Positions 1-9,556 of a stretch of 64,000 nucleotides of DNA are shown here, in pieces. A program made the translations under genes and the position numbers. Positions within the stretch are counted from its first letter, which is position 1; each line of letters starts with the position of its first letter. Under the pieces are notes generated by a model. It did not search any database and had not been told where the DNA came from. It saw only the letters and a program-made list of their open reading frames with translations. The stretch lies in the IMG/VR virus record IMGVR_UViG_3300025997_000005. One strand, 5' to 3'. The DNA comes from a virus.

Positions 1-77
1 TAGCTATTGAATTTTTATAAATAAATTTGTTTTTTTTGTTTTAATTATGTATAATTACACAATTAAAACCAATCATT

Positions 78-656
78 ATGAAAAAAGTATTACTATATAT
101 AATCGTTTTATTAACATTTAGTATATCTTCAGCGCAAGTTGCTGGAGAAGACCCTAGGCTATCTTTTAGTCTTTATCAAGATATTAAGTTAGCAATGACT
201 ATAGATGATTATGGTAATGAACCTTTTACTCCAGATGTGAGATTTGAATTTATGATGGAAGGTGATTATGATGGAACTGGTAGTCTTGTAATTGGTTTGA
301 CTTTTGAGTATGCTGATTTATATGAATTCAATTTCACTCGTTATGGCCTTCAAGGGGGTTACAATTTTAGAAATAATAAATTGCCTTTTAATTTAGGTTA
401 TTTTGATAACGCAATTTATGGTGGTGCTGGGGTTATTATAAGAAATTTCCCTGAAGATAACTTAAGTTATATAAGTCTTGAAATCACTGATGATTTTGCT
501 ATATTCTTAACCAAGTGGTTAAGTCTTAATTTAAAAACAACATTAATGCAACGAGGGGATTTGGCCGCCAAATATGATGACCCCTCTGGTTCTTACAGAC
601 CTTGGGAATGGAGACTCAATGTTTATGGTGGTTTAAAAGCGTATATTAATCTTTAA
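78..656 (+). CDS. Secreted, putative outer-membrane beta-barrel-like protein
   Basis: Signal peptide MKKVLLYIIVLLTFSISSA-Q; alternating hydrophobic/aromatic beta-strand pattern to the C-terminus (LNVYGGLKAYINL). Confidence 0.5.
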   Translation: MKKVLLYIIVLLTFSISSAQVAGEDPRLSFSLYQDIKLAMTIDDYGNEPFTPDVRFEFMMEGDYDGTGSLVIGLTFEYADLYEFNFTRYGLQGGYNFRNNKLPFNLGYFDNAIYGGAGVIIRNFPEDNLSYISLEITDDFAIFLTKWLSLNLKTTLMQRGDLAAKYDDPSGSYRPWEWRLNVYGGLKAYINL

Positions 657-667
657 AATAATAATAT

Positions 668-898
668 TATGACAACTATGACAATTCTAAAAAACTTCCA
701 TATGGGAACCATAAAATGTTTTCCATGGAAAATAAATTTCTTGCACATGTAGATACCAAACGTATGAATTGGTATCTAGATAGGGATTTAGCTATCATGT
801 TAAACGAATATAGATACCAATCATTTTTAAAAGGGGCTATCCAAATCACCTGGTTCACCAGCCGAAGAGAGAAACTTCAAGCCCTTTTTATTTTTTAA
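668..898 (+). pseudogene. Truncated gene fragment (YDN...KRMNWYLDRDLA), possibly the N-terminus of an HNH-type protein
   Basis: Frame extends upstream of ORF 716 without a clear start, then degrades. Confidence 0.3.
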
Positions 899-1076
899 AT
901 GCTGAAAATCAAGTAGTTAAAAAAAGTTTAAAATTTTTTGTTATTTTACTTGTTTTTTAAATATATATTATGTACATTTGCAGAGTAAAAATAGGAAAGT
1001 TATAATGAGGCGAAATCATTATAAAACAACTTTAAGTGAGGCTCTTAAAACTTTTTTAAAAAAAATCGCAAAAAAC

Positions 1077-1140
1077 TTGTTTAATTAAAAAATAAGTTGT
1101 ATATTTGCACAAGAATTAAAATACGTTCATTAAAATATTG
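1077..1140 (+). promoter_or_regulatory. Bacteroidota sigma70-type promoter plus boxA-like element
   Basis: TATATTTG (TAnnTTTG) at 1100-1107; GTTCATTAAAATATTG at 1125-1140 resembles GTTCTTTGAAATATTG at 2974. Confidence 0.6.
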
Positions 1141-1968
1141 AAAATAATGGGGTGCTTATGCTCCTTCCTTCGGGAAAAGATAAACCTAGTGATAGGTATA
1201 AAGTGATGTCCAAACAAGGCATTGCGTTGAGGGCTTTCGGGTCAACAATCTGTGTAAGCATATTAACTACGAACAAGGGTCAATGGCTGAATGGCTGAGA
1301 TTAACGAGTTCACTCCCTAGCTTCGGGGAGTTGAGATAGAAATATCAATAGGCGGTTAGTAGATTTCGGTTGAAACGTGTAAAAAGCGGATAGGCTGATT
1401 TCATCATGATTTGTTATGGAATGTTTAATAATGATGCTTCATTATAATCTTGGGAAACCAAGCGTTATATTAAGTTAAGTTAATTTGTAAATCTAAGTAA
1501 TGAAGAAATGATGTGGTGGTAAAACACTGCAACGGGGTGTCGTAAACTAAACTGGTCAAAAGCCAGCACGTTTGTCAACTGCTAGACACATCCTGTAAGA
1601 GAGAGCATCGCTAATCAATTAGGTGGGGCGATAGCCCAACCACTTTTATGTTAAAAAAGCAAAGATAAGTAAAAGTTCTAGCGGTCACGGATACAAAATT
1701 AAGTTATCCCACTGAAATATGTGGGCAGTTATTAACCTCACAAGGGTAACGCTGAAACGGAGACTAGGTATCGTTAGTAGGAGGGTCGCACCTTCTCATC
1801 CTCGCAAGGGAGCTAGGTAGTGAAATTGGTTTATATCAATCTGTGGTAAAAGAGTTTGCAGTCACTCCAAGACTGTCTTAATGATGCCTACCAAGTGGAA
1901 ACATGAGGTGTGTGAAATAGGGAAACCGAAAGCAAAAGGTATTACAAGGGCCCAACACTCAAGCCTTT
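1141..1968 (+). ncRNA. Large structured ncRNA, GOLLD-like candidate
   Basis: ~830 nt without a long ORF, GC-richer than flanks, many short hairpins with UUCG/GNRA loops (CCTTCGGG, CTTCGG, GGAAACC, CTCGCAAGGG); follows a promoter and precedes tRNAs. Confidence 0.6.
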
Positions 1969-1970
1969 AA

Positions 1971-2042
1971 CGGAGATATCGTCTAATTTGAAGACACTTC
2001 CTATTGCTGGAAGGTAATGTAGTATCAAATCTACCATTCCGA
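1971..2042 (+). tRNA. Degenerate tRNA-like gene (anticodon TTG, Gln)
   Basis: Cloverleaf with D stem GTCT/AGAC, anticodon stem CTTCC/GGAAG, loop TATTGCT; non-canonical T loop and position 33. Confidence 0.45.
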
Positions 2043-2106
2043 CTATAAAATGAATATGTGAATACATGACGATATGAGTTGCCTACCACACATATTCATT
2101 TTGAAA

Positions 2107-2196
2107 GGCGCAGTAGCTCAATTGATAGAGCGTGTTGAAACATCCGATAAACGGTTGAAGTAGGCAAGGTTGGTGGTTTGAGTCCATCTTGTACCA
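2107..2196 (+). tRNA. tRNA-like gene with expanded anticodon arm (identity uncertain)
   Basis: TAGCTCAATTGATAGAGC D arm, GGTTTGAGTCC T arm, acceptor GGCGCAG/TTGTACC; extra ~17 nt in anticodon arm. Confidence 0.4.
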
Positions 2197-2260
2197 CTAA
2201 ATGGGGAGTGTAGCCAGACCAGCATTGAGTTGGTATCTGTAACCAAGCTGAAAATGCAAT

Positions 2261-2430
2261 TGTGAATGTTGCCACTTCCATAAAATCATGGAAAGCAAAT
2301 GAAAAGAATTTTCATGTCTGAATGTGGGACGCATTTCGGACAATAAACAAAAACAAGTGGAGGCGTTGTCGTTGGGCAAGTCAATGAAACTTGAAGCCCA
2401 TCCATCACGAAGTGTGGATGGGTAGTTCAC
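2261..2430 (+). mobile_element. IS200/IS605 remnant (tnpB 3' end / omegaRNA region and right end)
   Basis: GAAGCCCATCCAT...GTGGATGGGTAGTTCAC matches the right end of the full element at 22835; left boundary approximate. Confidence 0.7.
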
Positions 2431-2440
2431 AGTCCCTAGA

Positions 2441-2665
2441 GTGATGATTAGAACTAAATATAAATGTGAGAATGAATTATCATACATTCCAACTGAGTTA
2501 GCTTTAATGGATGCTTTTGATAAAAATGATATTGTCGTTCAAGTAACTTATAAGGCGAAAACTAAATATAATGTTGAATTATTATATACTGAAGTATATC
2601 GTATCAGTGAAAATTTAGAAATTGATGAATTATATAAAAAAAATATAAGACTGATAATCAAGTAG
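2441..2665 (+). CDS. Hypothetical protein
   Basis: 74-aa ORF with AT-rich codon usage. Confidence 0.5.
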   Translation: MMIRTKYKCENELSYIPTELALMDAFDKNDIVVQVTYKAKTKYNVELLYTEVYRISENLEIDELYKKNIRLIIK

Positions 2666-2901
2666 TTAAAAAATAATTTAAAAATAATTGCAAAAAAACT
2701 TGTTTTATATTAAAACATTTACTATATTTGCACTATATATTAATAACAAGGGTAAATCCCAAAATAAGAAATAATGAGAAATTATACAACATATACGAAA
2801 CAGTATCAACCGAAGGGCGGGAAGTCCCAAGGTCAACTGAGTATACGTTGTAGTGACATAACAGAATTCTAATGTAGAATATAGTTATATAAACAATATA
2901 T

Positions 2902-2940
2902 AAAAACCCAGTTGATAAAACAATTTCAACTGGGTTTTTT
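2902..2940 (+). terminator. Intrinsic terminator upstream of the tRNA cluster
   Basis: AAAAACCCAGTTGA...TCAACTGGGTTTTTT hairpin with U tract. Confidence 0.8.
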
Positions 2941-2998
2941 GCGTTTAATAGTTTCCAAATCTATAAAATTGGAGTTCTTTGAAATATTGTATTTTTAT

Positions 2999-3085
2999 CT
3001 AGGGGTTAGAGCAGATGGCTAGACTCGCTTGCCTTGGGTGCAAGAGTTAGAAATAACATCGTGGGTTCGAATCCCACCCCTTAGA
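2999..3085 (+). tRNA. tRNA-Pro(TGG) with long variable arm
   Basis: CTTGC-CTTGGGT-GCAAG anticodon arm, GTGGGTTCGAATCCCAC T arm, acceptor CTAGGGG/CCCTTAG. Confidence 0.8.
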
Positions 3086-3154
3086 CATGAAAATTTTTTG
3101 GATTTTGGTTCAAAATCTTTACTTATGTATAAATTAAAAGAATATATTAAAAAA

Positions 3155-3237
3155 CGGGAAATGACCAAGGTAGAATGAAAAAAGGCTACGGGGCCTTGGA
3201 AGCTTCAGTATGGTCGGTTCGATTCCGACTTTCCCGA
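3155..3237 (+). tRNA. tRNA-Pro(TGG)-like, aberrant D arm
   Basis: Acceptor CGGGAAA/TTTCCCG, loop CTTGGAA, GTCGGTTCGATTCCGAC T arm. Confidence 0.6.
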
Positions 3238-3413
3238 CGACCAGACTGTTACTAATTCATAGAAGGAGAAACGTATCCTAGCATAAAATTAGATTTATTG
3301 GGGCATCGTCTAGATTCCAGAAGGATTTAGATTAGGTCGTAAAATGAAATAAGAGAATAGTGAACCTAAGAAATACGTGGTAGCATGGTTAACAATGTCT
3401 TGTCTCTTATAAT

Positions 3414-3486
3414 GACCTCGAAGCTCAAGTGGACGGGCATCTCCCTTTTAAGGAGAGGGTTACGGGTTCGAAGCCCGTGGGGGTCA
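3414..3486 (+). tRNA. tRNA-Lys(TTT)
   Basis: TCTCC-CTTTTAA-GGAGA anticodon arm, GGGTTCGAAGCCC T arm. Confidence 0.85.
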
Positions 3487-3575
3487 CAAAGTTCAGTTGA
3501 TAGTCTGAACTGAACCAAAATTATCATTTGCCTATATCGCATACCAACATATAAAGCACTTAACACTGGATGATA

Positions 3576-3656
3576 TGCACCATAGACTGAATAGGAGAAG
3601 GTACTGGATTTGTAACCCAGAAGGCTGGTCGGTTCGATTCCGACATGGTGCCCCAC
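3576..3656 (+). tRNA. tRNA-Thr(TGT)
   Basis: GCACCAT/ATGGTGC acceptor, loop TTTGTAA, GTCGGTTCGATTCCGAC T arm. Confidence 0.7.
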
Positions 3657-3799
3657 AAAAAGAGGATATTATTTGGTGAGTAGACTATCGAGCCAGTTAT
3701 AGCGAGTATAGTTAAAGTGACAAGTAAGATGACAGGGCATATTGGGTATGTTTATAACAAACCTGAACTTAGCGGTTTTGGTGTCGTCCTCTTTAAAAT

Positions 3800-3880
3800 T
3801 GGGAAGTAGGTAAGCGGTCAAAACGGCCTGACTGTAAATCAGGTGCTTAGGCTTCGGGGGTTCGAATCCCTCCTTCCCAA
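3800..3880 (+). tRNA. tRNA-Tyr(GTA)
   Basis: CCTGA-CTGTAAA-TCAGG anticodon arm, long variable arm, GGGGTTCGAATCCCT. Confidence 0.9.
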
Positions 3881-4029
3881 CTATACATGTAGAAAGCAAT
3901 TATTGATGTCTAGCTTCAGCTTCGTGGAGAGGTCAGGCTACAATCTGGTGATAAGATTAATTACCTTAAGTCAGATACATTATGAATTGTGACATATCGC
4001 ATATTACGATATGGAATATTAGTAAATAT

Positions 4030-4103
4030 TGCCCCATGGTGTAATTGGTTAACACGTCTGGTTTTGAGCCAGAAGAGTCTAGGTTCGAGCCCTAGTGGAG
4101 TAA
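4030..4103 (+). tRNA. tRNA-Gln(TTG)
   Basis: TGGTGTAATTGGTTAACAC D arm, TCTGG-TTTTGAG-CCAGA anticodon arm, CTAGGTTCGAGCCCTAG. Confidence 0.85.
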
Positions 4104-4216
4104 CTTTGGAACTTTTGTACTTTTTGATATATTATATATAAAAGATTAGGTCGCAAAATGAAATAAAGATAAAGAGGGAGATGTTTTAACCTAACATCTT
4201 TAAAAAATAGGTTAAT

Positions 4217-4303
4217 GGCCCCGTAGCTCAGTTGGTTTGGAGAAATCCTTAGAGCTTTCCGCTTTTAACGGAAATGTCACAGGTTCGAATCCTGTCGGGG
4301 TCA
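4217..4303 (+). tRNA. tRNA-Lys(TTT) with D-loop insertion
   Basis: GGCCCCG/CGGGGTC acceptor, TTCCG-CTTTTAA-CGGAA, extra TGGAGAAATCCT in D loop. Confidence 0.8.
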
Positions 4304-4412
4304 CAAAAATTACCAGATGTTACCGTTAAGGTGGTATAAAAAGTGTAATTAATTGGTTTACAATGGATTGATTTTATAGAAAATCACAAAACGTTACCGT
4401 TAATTACCGAAT

Positions 4413-4485
4413 GCACCCATAGTTTAAGTGGTTAGAATTTTGGATTGGTATTTCAAGGGTCTCGTATCGTGTACGAGTGGGTGCT
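4413..4485 (+). tRNA. tRNA-Thr(GGT)-like, degenerate T loop
   Basis: GCACCCA/TGGGTGC acceptor, loop TTGGTAT, T stem CTCGT/ACGAG. Confidence 0.55.
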
Positions 4486-4608
4486 CCGAGCCATTTGGAT
4501 TGTGAAACTTGTGGTACAAGATATTGTGACCAAAGTTGTTAAATTATAAGGTATGATTTGGTTATTACATTAATATTTCGTATCTTTGTAGTAAATTAAA
4601 AATAAGAT

Positions 4609-5484
4609 ATGAGAGAATTAGTGGTAACACCATCGATAACAGATAGAAGTTCACCTTCATTACAAATGTACTTCAATGACATTCAATCAATTAAGATTTT
4701 AACACCTGAAGAAGAGTATGAAATTGCGGTAAAAGCGTTTGATGGTGATGAAAAATCTAAAGAATTATTAGTAAAACATAACCTAAGATTTGTAATAAGT
4801 GTTGCAAAACAATATCAAATATATGGGATTAAATTTGAAGATTTAATCAATGAGGGTAATATAGGGTTGCTTAAAGCGTCAGAAAAGTTTGACCCATCAA
4901 GAGGTTTTAAATTTATATCATATGCTGTATGGTGGATTAGACAAACAATAATAGCACACATACAAGCAAACAGTAAAATTGTTAGACCACCACTTGGTAA
5001 ATATATTAAATCATTTAAAATGAAAAAAGAATATACCTTGTTGGAGCAAAAGTTAGAAAGAACTCCAGCTTACAATGAATTGGTAGACCATTTAGGTAAT
5101 GAGTTTAGTGATTCTGAAATAGAGTTTTTTATTGATAATTTAAGTAATAAGGTACAATCATTAGACGCACCTTTAGGAGAAGATGATGATTCTATAACGT
5201 TATTAGATTTGTTAAAAGATTCAAATGATTTCGATTCAAATGACTTAGTTAAGTTAGGTGATTCTGACATTAGAACTGAAGTATTACTTAGTAGGTTAAA
5301 TGATGAAGAGAAAACCATATTAATATTATTATATGGCTTAGATGGTAGAGAACCAGTAAGTATCAAAGAAGTATCAAATATGTTAGAACTTAGCAAAGCA
5401 AGAATTGCTTTGATTAGAGATAAGTCTTTACGTAAATTAAAATTCCAATTGCTTCATAAGGGTAATTGGTTGAAAGAAATATGA
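4609..5484 (+). CDS. RNA polymerase sigma factor, RpoD/SigA family
   Basis: LVKHNLRFVISVAKQY, DLINEGNIGL, KFDPSRGFKFISYAVWWIRQ, region 4 HTH. Confidence 0.95.
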   Translation: MRELVVTPSITDRSSPSLQMYFNDIQSIKILTPEEEYEIAVKAFDGDEKSKELLVKHNLRFVISVAKQYQIYGIKFEDLINEGNIGLLKASEKFDPSRGFKFISYAVWWIRQTIIAHIQANSKIVRPPLGKYIKSFKMKKEYTLLEQKLERTPAYNELVDHLGNEFSDSEIEFFIDNLSNKVQSLDAPLGEDDDSITLLDLLKDSNDFDSNDLVKLGDSDIRTEVLLSRLNDEEKTILILLYGLDGREPVSIKEVSNMLELSKARIALIRDKSLRKLKFQLLHKGNWLKEI

Positions 5485-5587
5485 GGTAAAACAACCCCAG
5501 CAACTGTATAAGTAATATATTGTTGAGAGCTGACTCAACACTCCTTAGTGAACTGCTAGGTGTGAAAGGTAGTTGAGACACCGACTT

Positions 5588-5661
5588 GCGGGATTGGTGT
5601 CCAATGGCTAACATGTGACCCTTCCAAGGTTGAGCTGTCGGTTCGAATCCGACATTCCGCA
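5588..5661 (+). tRNA. tRNA-Gly(TCC)
   Basis: GCGGGAT/ATTCCGC acceptor, loop CTTCCAA, GTCGGTTCGAATCCGAC. Confidence 0.85.
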
Positions 5662-5675
5662 CAAAAATACAACAT

Positions 5676-6071
5676 TTAAATTGAATCTTTAATTCGTTTA
5701 AGTAAATCAATCTTATTCTCAAATAAGGTTTCTTTTAAGGCTTGTCGTTCATCTTCAAGTCTATCTCTTACGATACTTTTAACCTTTTCCGTAAATGATA
5801 AACCTAATTCCACAGTAGTACTAAATTTATGGTTAGCCAATATTATTTTATCATGGCCAATAACCATACAGTATTCATTTACCCTATCTATTAGAAAGTA
5901 TTCATCTGATTTAGGTGAAATCATTCTTTCAACATCAGTTCTATCTAATAACTTATTAACAATTTCAATTGTTTCTTTAGCTTCTTCATTATCTTCCAAT
6001 TTACTCTTAAATGTCCAATTCATAATTTTTATTTTTGAGTTAATCTTACAAAGATACAACAAATAACCCAA
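5676..6071 (-). CDS. Hypothetical protein
   Basis: 131-aa ORF filling the gap on the minus strand; real start probably the internal Met (MNWTFK). Confidence 0.65.
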   Translation of the reverse strand: MGYLLYLCKINSKIKIMNWTFKSKLEDNEEAKETIEIVNKLLDRTDVERMISPKSDEYFLIDRVNEYCMVIGHDKIILANHKFSTTVELGLSFTEKVKSIVRDRLEDERQALKETLFENKIDLLKRIKDSI

Positions 6072-6197
6072 TTATCAAAGTATTTCGACATTCTACCTAT
6101 AATATCGTTAAAGTGTAGATTAAAAGAAAATCATAGTTTTATTTGTGTAATTAAAATATTTTTCATATCTTTGTATTCTAATATAAAATATAGAATT

Positions 6198-6578
6198 ATG
6201 AGTTATTGGGATGATTGTGACGAATATTGGTTTGGGCAAGAATTTGGTAGCAAGAATAAAAATGCTCCTGAAGGTGTTCATATAATGAACAAAGACGAAA
6301 GTAAGTTACTTCGTAGGCTTATGTCTGAAAATGGAATGACTGAGGAAGAAGTGCGGAGTCACAAAAAATATCGAAAGATGTTATCTAATGCACAAAAGGA
6401 AGGTCAAAAATGTCATAGAAGTAAAAATCAAAAGGTTAAGGACGGTATTATGAAAGAAATAACTAAAGAGTTAAAACTTCCGAAAGAACATCCAGATGTT
6501 GTTGAAAGATACAATGCCAAGATAAAGGAAATTATGAGCGGTAAAGATATTTGGAATAGATACTATTTGTTCCATTAA
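6198..6578 (+). CDS. Hypothetical protein
   Basis: ATG after a TATCTTTG promoter. Confidence 0.7.
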   Translation: MSYWDDCDEYWFGQEFGSKNKNAPEGVHIMNKDESKLLRRLMSENGMTEEEVRSHKKYRKMLSNAQKEGQKCHRSKNQKVKDGIMKEITKELKLPKEHPDVVERYNAKIKEIMSGKDIWNRYYLFH

Positions 6579-6606
6579 CTGATGATGAATTTTAAGAAAT
6601 TAGCTG

Positions 6607-7038
6607 ATGATGAATTTTAAGAAATTAGCTGAAAGAGTAATTAAACGTTTAAAAGCGGAAGGGGTTGAATGTTATTTATGGCATGCGGCCACCACTGGTA
6701 GTGCTTATATACGTTTTAGTGATAGTAGAATAGGTTCAGTTAGATTTGGTGACCATAAAGGTAGAGCTCAATATAGCTACCGATGGAATGTTAGAAGTGA
6801 TTTTCCAGTTGGCCACAGCAAATGGCATAAGATAGAAGGTAGATGGAGATATTATACGCACACAAAGAATTGGATTGATATGATACCTTTAATTATTGAA
6901 CAAAAAAAGAAGGTTGAACAATGGGGACCTAACCCATATGAGTATTATGTACCTGAACATAAAAGGAAAAATGAAATAAAATCAACAACTAAAATAAAAT
7001 TAACGGAAGTCGAACTTAATAAATTAATAGATGGATAA
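6607..7038 (+). CDS. Hypothetical protein
   Basis: 143-aa ORF; 25-bp tandem duplication at its start. Confidence 0.7.
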   Translation: MMNFKKLAERVIKRLKAEGVECYLWHAATTGSAYIRFSDSRIGSVRFGDHKGRAQYSYRWNVRSDFPVGHSKWHKIEGRWRYYTHTKNWIDMIPLIIEQKKKVEQWGPNPYEYYVPEHKRKNEIKSTTKIKLTEVELNKLIDG

Positions 7039-7083
7039 TTCAAAAGAAATTAAAGAACAAAATGAACTTTTAAAAAATAAGTA

Positions 7084-7524
7084 ATGAATAACAAAGGTAG
7101 AAAAATATATATTAGGAAAGACTTAGTTGGTGTTGATGAATTAAGTGAATTGGATTTTGAACTACAGGATAGTTTTGGGTATGATTATGAAAATGATGAA
7201 ATATACATTATAGATTCAATTAAAAATGATTCAATTAGAAAGAAAGTACGATACTATGTTGATACAACACCACTTAAAATTAGTGATTTAGAAAAGCTAT
7301 TGAAGAAGTATAAAAAGAAAGGTGCGACACATATAGCTATAGAACATCATACTGACCATAATGGTTATGAATTTTCAGGATTTAACGTTGAGTTGGCAGA
7401 TGATGAGATTATACAAAGATATGAAGATGAATTATCAAAGAAATTAGAATTAAATAAAAAATATAATAAATTAAAACTTGAGATAGATAAAGTTAGGCAT
7501 GAATATGATAAATTAAAGGTTTAA
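7084..7524 (+). CDS. Hypothetical protein
   Basis: 146-aa ORF. Confidence 0.7.
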   Translation: MNNKGRKIYIRKDLVGVDELSELDFELQDSFGYDYENDEIYIIDSIKNDSIRKKVRYYVDTTPLKISDLEKLLKKYKKKGATHIAIEHHTDHNGYEFSGFNVELADDEIIQRYEDELSKKLELNKKYNKLKLEIDKVRHEYDKLKV

Positions 7525-7560
7525 TTTGTTTATATCAAAGTTTTATAGTATAATTGTAAA

Positions 7561-7820
7561 AATAAGTCAGAGGTTTATACGCACTACGGTGAGGAACTTC
7601 ACGGCATCACTGCTAGAGGTAGGAGAGTTTAATAAAGGAGAAGTCATAAAATAGGAAAGATACCAAAGACTTCGTTGGTAAATGCCTTTATTACTCGTTT
7701 GCACTACCGAGGATGCAACCCAAATAGATTTAGGTGAGAGGCAGACCTATGATAATCGGGTTGGGGCAAATAGGTAAATGTATAATTAAAACAGAACCGT
7801 GGGTACGACATGCACTTATT
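7561..7820 (+). ncRNA. rnpB: RNase P RNA (compact)
   Basis: GAGGAACTTCACGGCATC (CR-I), GGATGCAACCCAAATAG, AGGTAAATG (CR-IV), AACAGAACCGTGGGTA (CR-V); P4 pairing TCACGG/CCGTGG; terminal AATAAGT/ACTTATT. Confidence 0.85.
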
Positions 7821-7844
7821 TTTTAATTTAAATAAATTATAATT

Positions 7845-8204
7845 ATGAATGATGCATTAATAGAAGCTGAAGTTAACAAAAGAGTTCAATTTAAAATGAA
7901 TGAATTTTGGACCTCATTCGAAAATCACATGAAACGAAATGAGCACTATAAATGGGCTTCAATGAATAAAGATAATATAATGAGGGCAACCCATTATATT
8001 GATGCTTATGAAGAAATACGGGGTATCTTAAGGAAGGAAATTGACCTACCTACAGCATTGGATGGTGAGATAGCAAAACGAATTTGGGAAAATAAAGAAG
8101 AACTAGTCAGTAAGATAAGTGATAGAGTACTTAATAAAGGTACTTTCAATTATTTGTATCTTAAAAGCTTTATAAAGGAGCGTAAAACCCATTCATCGCT
8201 TTAG
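7845..8204 (+). CDS. Hypothetical protein, C-terminus disrupted by the IS derivative
   Basis: ORF runs into the element at 8174. Confidence 0.65.
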   Translation: MNDALIEAEVNKRVQFKMNEFWTSFENHMKRNEHYKWASMNKDNIMRATHYIDAYEEIRGILRKEIDLPTALDGEIAKRIWENKEELVSKISDRVLNKGTFNYLYLKSFIKERKTHSSL

Positions 8205-8407
8205 CGTGAATGGGATGTAAGCAACCAAAAGATTTGAATTTTAAAAATAAAGTCGTATATTTTTATTAACTCTGGTTTTGGGATGCAATCGGAGTATAAA
8301 CAAAAACGGGATGAGGCGTTACCATTAGGTGAGTCTGTGACCCCCGAAGCCCAACCCATCGCCTCTGGCGTGGGTGGGTAGTTCACTGGCGTGGGTGGGT
8401 AGTTCAC
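8174..8407 (+). mobile_element. Non-autonomous IS200/IS605 derivative (left end + omegaRNA-like region + duplicated right end)
   Basis: Inserted after TTAT; GGAGCGTAAAACCC left end; GGGTGGGTAGTTCAC right end twice; near-identical to 27551-27763. Confidence 0.85.
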
Positions 8408-8433
8408 TAATAATTGTATAGAAGATTTTATAA

Positions 8434-8733
8434 ATGGGTAAGAAATATTGTGATTGCGGTAAGCCAGCGAAATGGTTATACATGCCAGGTTATAGTGATA
8501 GTGATAATGATTTTTCATGTGATGATTGTGTTCCAAGAGGTTGCTCTTGTAATTCACACCATTTATTTAATAAATGGGAAAGTGCACCAACCGACAAAGA
8601 TGGGGTTGAAGGTAAAGATTGGAAGTGGCTTGAGAAAGACGTTGAATGGACTCCATTAGATAGTAAGGGTAGAGAATACCCATGTTGTGAATTTGAATAT
8701 GATACAGACGAAGATACTTTTAGTGATTTATAG
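8434..8733 (+). CDS. Cys-rich hypothetical protein
   Basis: CDCG, CDDCVPRGCSC, YPCCE motifs. Confidence 0.7.
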   Translation: MGKKYCDCGKPAKWLYMPGYSDSDNDFSCDDCVPRGCSCNSHHLFNKWESAPTDKDGVEGKDWKWLEKDVEWTPLDSKGREYPCCEFEYDTDEDTFSDL

Positions 8734-8776
8734 GTAAAAAATTTGTTTATTCATTTTTTTATAGTATAATTGCGTC

Positions 8777-9208
8777 ATGATAGAATCGTTTAAAGGTCAA
8801 TATGCTTGGTTAAGCAACATGACACCAGTTAAAATAATGTATGATGGAATTGAATATCCATCAGTCGAACACGCTTATATGTCGGCCAAATCGCATAATA
8901 TGGAATGGAAATCTAGATGTGCCGATGGTCAAATATCAGCAAGACAAATAAAAGCTGAAAGTAAAGGTATCTTCTTAATTGAGGGTTGGCATGATTTCAA
9001 ACTTGATGTAATGAGAGAATGTATTAACCAGAAGTTTTCTCAAGAACCATATAAAACCCAATTGGATGAAACGGGTAACATGTATATTCAAGAAGGCAAC
9101 TGGTGGAATGATACTTTTTGGGGTGTTGTTATCAAAACTGGTATAGGTGAAAACAATTTAGGTAAATTAATAATGGAAAAAAGGGATGAAAACAGAAAAA
9201 ATAAATGA
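8777..9208 (+). CDS. NADAR (YbiA-like) family protein
   Basis: LSN, YPSVEHAY.SAK, KFSQ, EGNWWNDTFWG, GENNLGKLIM. Confidence 0.9.
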   Translation: MIESFKGQYAWLSNMTPVKIMYDGIEYPSVEHAYMSAKSHNMEWKSRCADGQISARQIKAESKGIFLIEGWHDFKLDVMRECINQKFSQEPYKTQLDETGNMYIQEGNWWNDTFWGVVIKTGIGENNLGKLIMEKRDENRKNK

Positions 9209-9554
9209 ACTAATTGCTGAATTTATGGGTTATTCCAAACACCCCGATTACAATGGATATGAAATTGATGGTGACCCATATCATGCTAGTCAATTAAGAT
9301 ATCATGAAAAATGGGATAAATTAATGTTGGTGGTTGAAAAAATCGAATCAATCAAAGATGAGCATCATGGCTATTTCGCTGTATATATTGGTGCTAACGG
9401 GTGTACCATTCAAGGTACTAAATTAAGGCTTGATAAACCAATTGCTAATCCACCAATATATTTTAATAATGTTGTATTAAGTACAAAGTTAGAAGCAACA
9501 TATCAGGCGGTACTTAATTTCATTAAATGGTATAATAAACAAATAAAAAAATAA
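9186..9554 (+). CDS. Phage hypothetical protein
   Basis: NELIAEFMG...YHEKWDKLMLVVEKIE...FIKWYN pattern. Confidence 0.7.
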   Translation: MKTEKINELIAEFMGYSKHPDYNGYEIDGDPYHASQLRYHEKWDKLMLVVEKIESIKDEHHGYFAVYIGANGCTIQGTKLRLDKPIANPPIYFNNVVLSTKLEATYQAVLNFIKWYNKQIKK

Positions 9555-9556
9555 TT

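Noticed and set aside
3270-4175. Repeat AGATTAGGTCGYAAAATGAAATAA between tRNAs as a regulatory site
   Set aside because: Reads as PEGFRLGRKMK-stop, more likely remnants of deleted homing endonuclease genes
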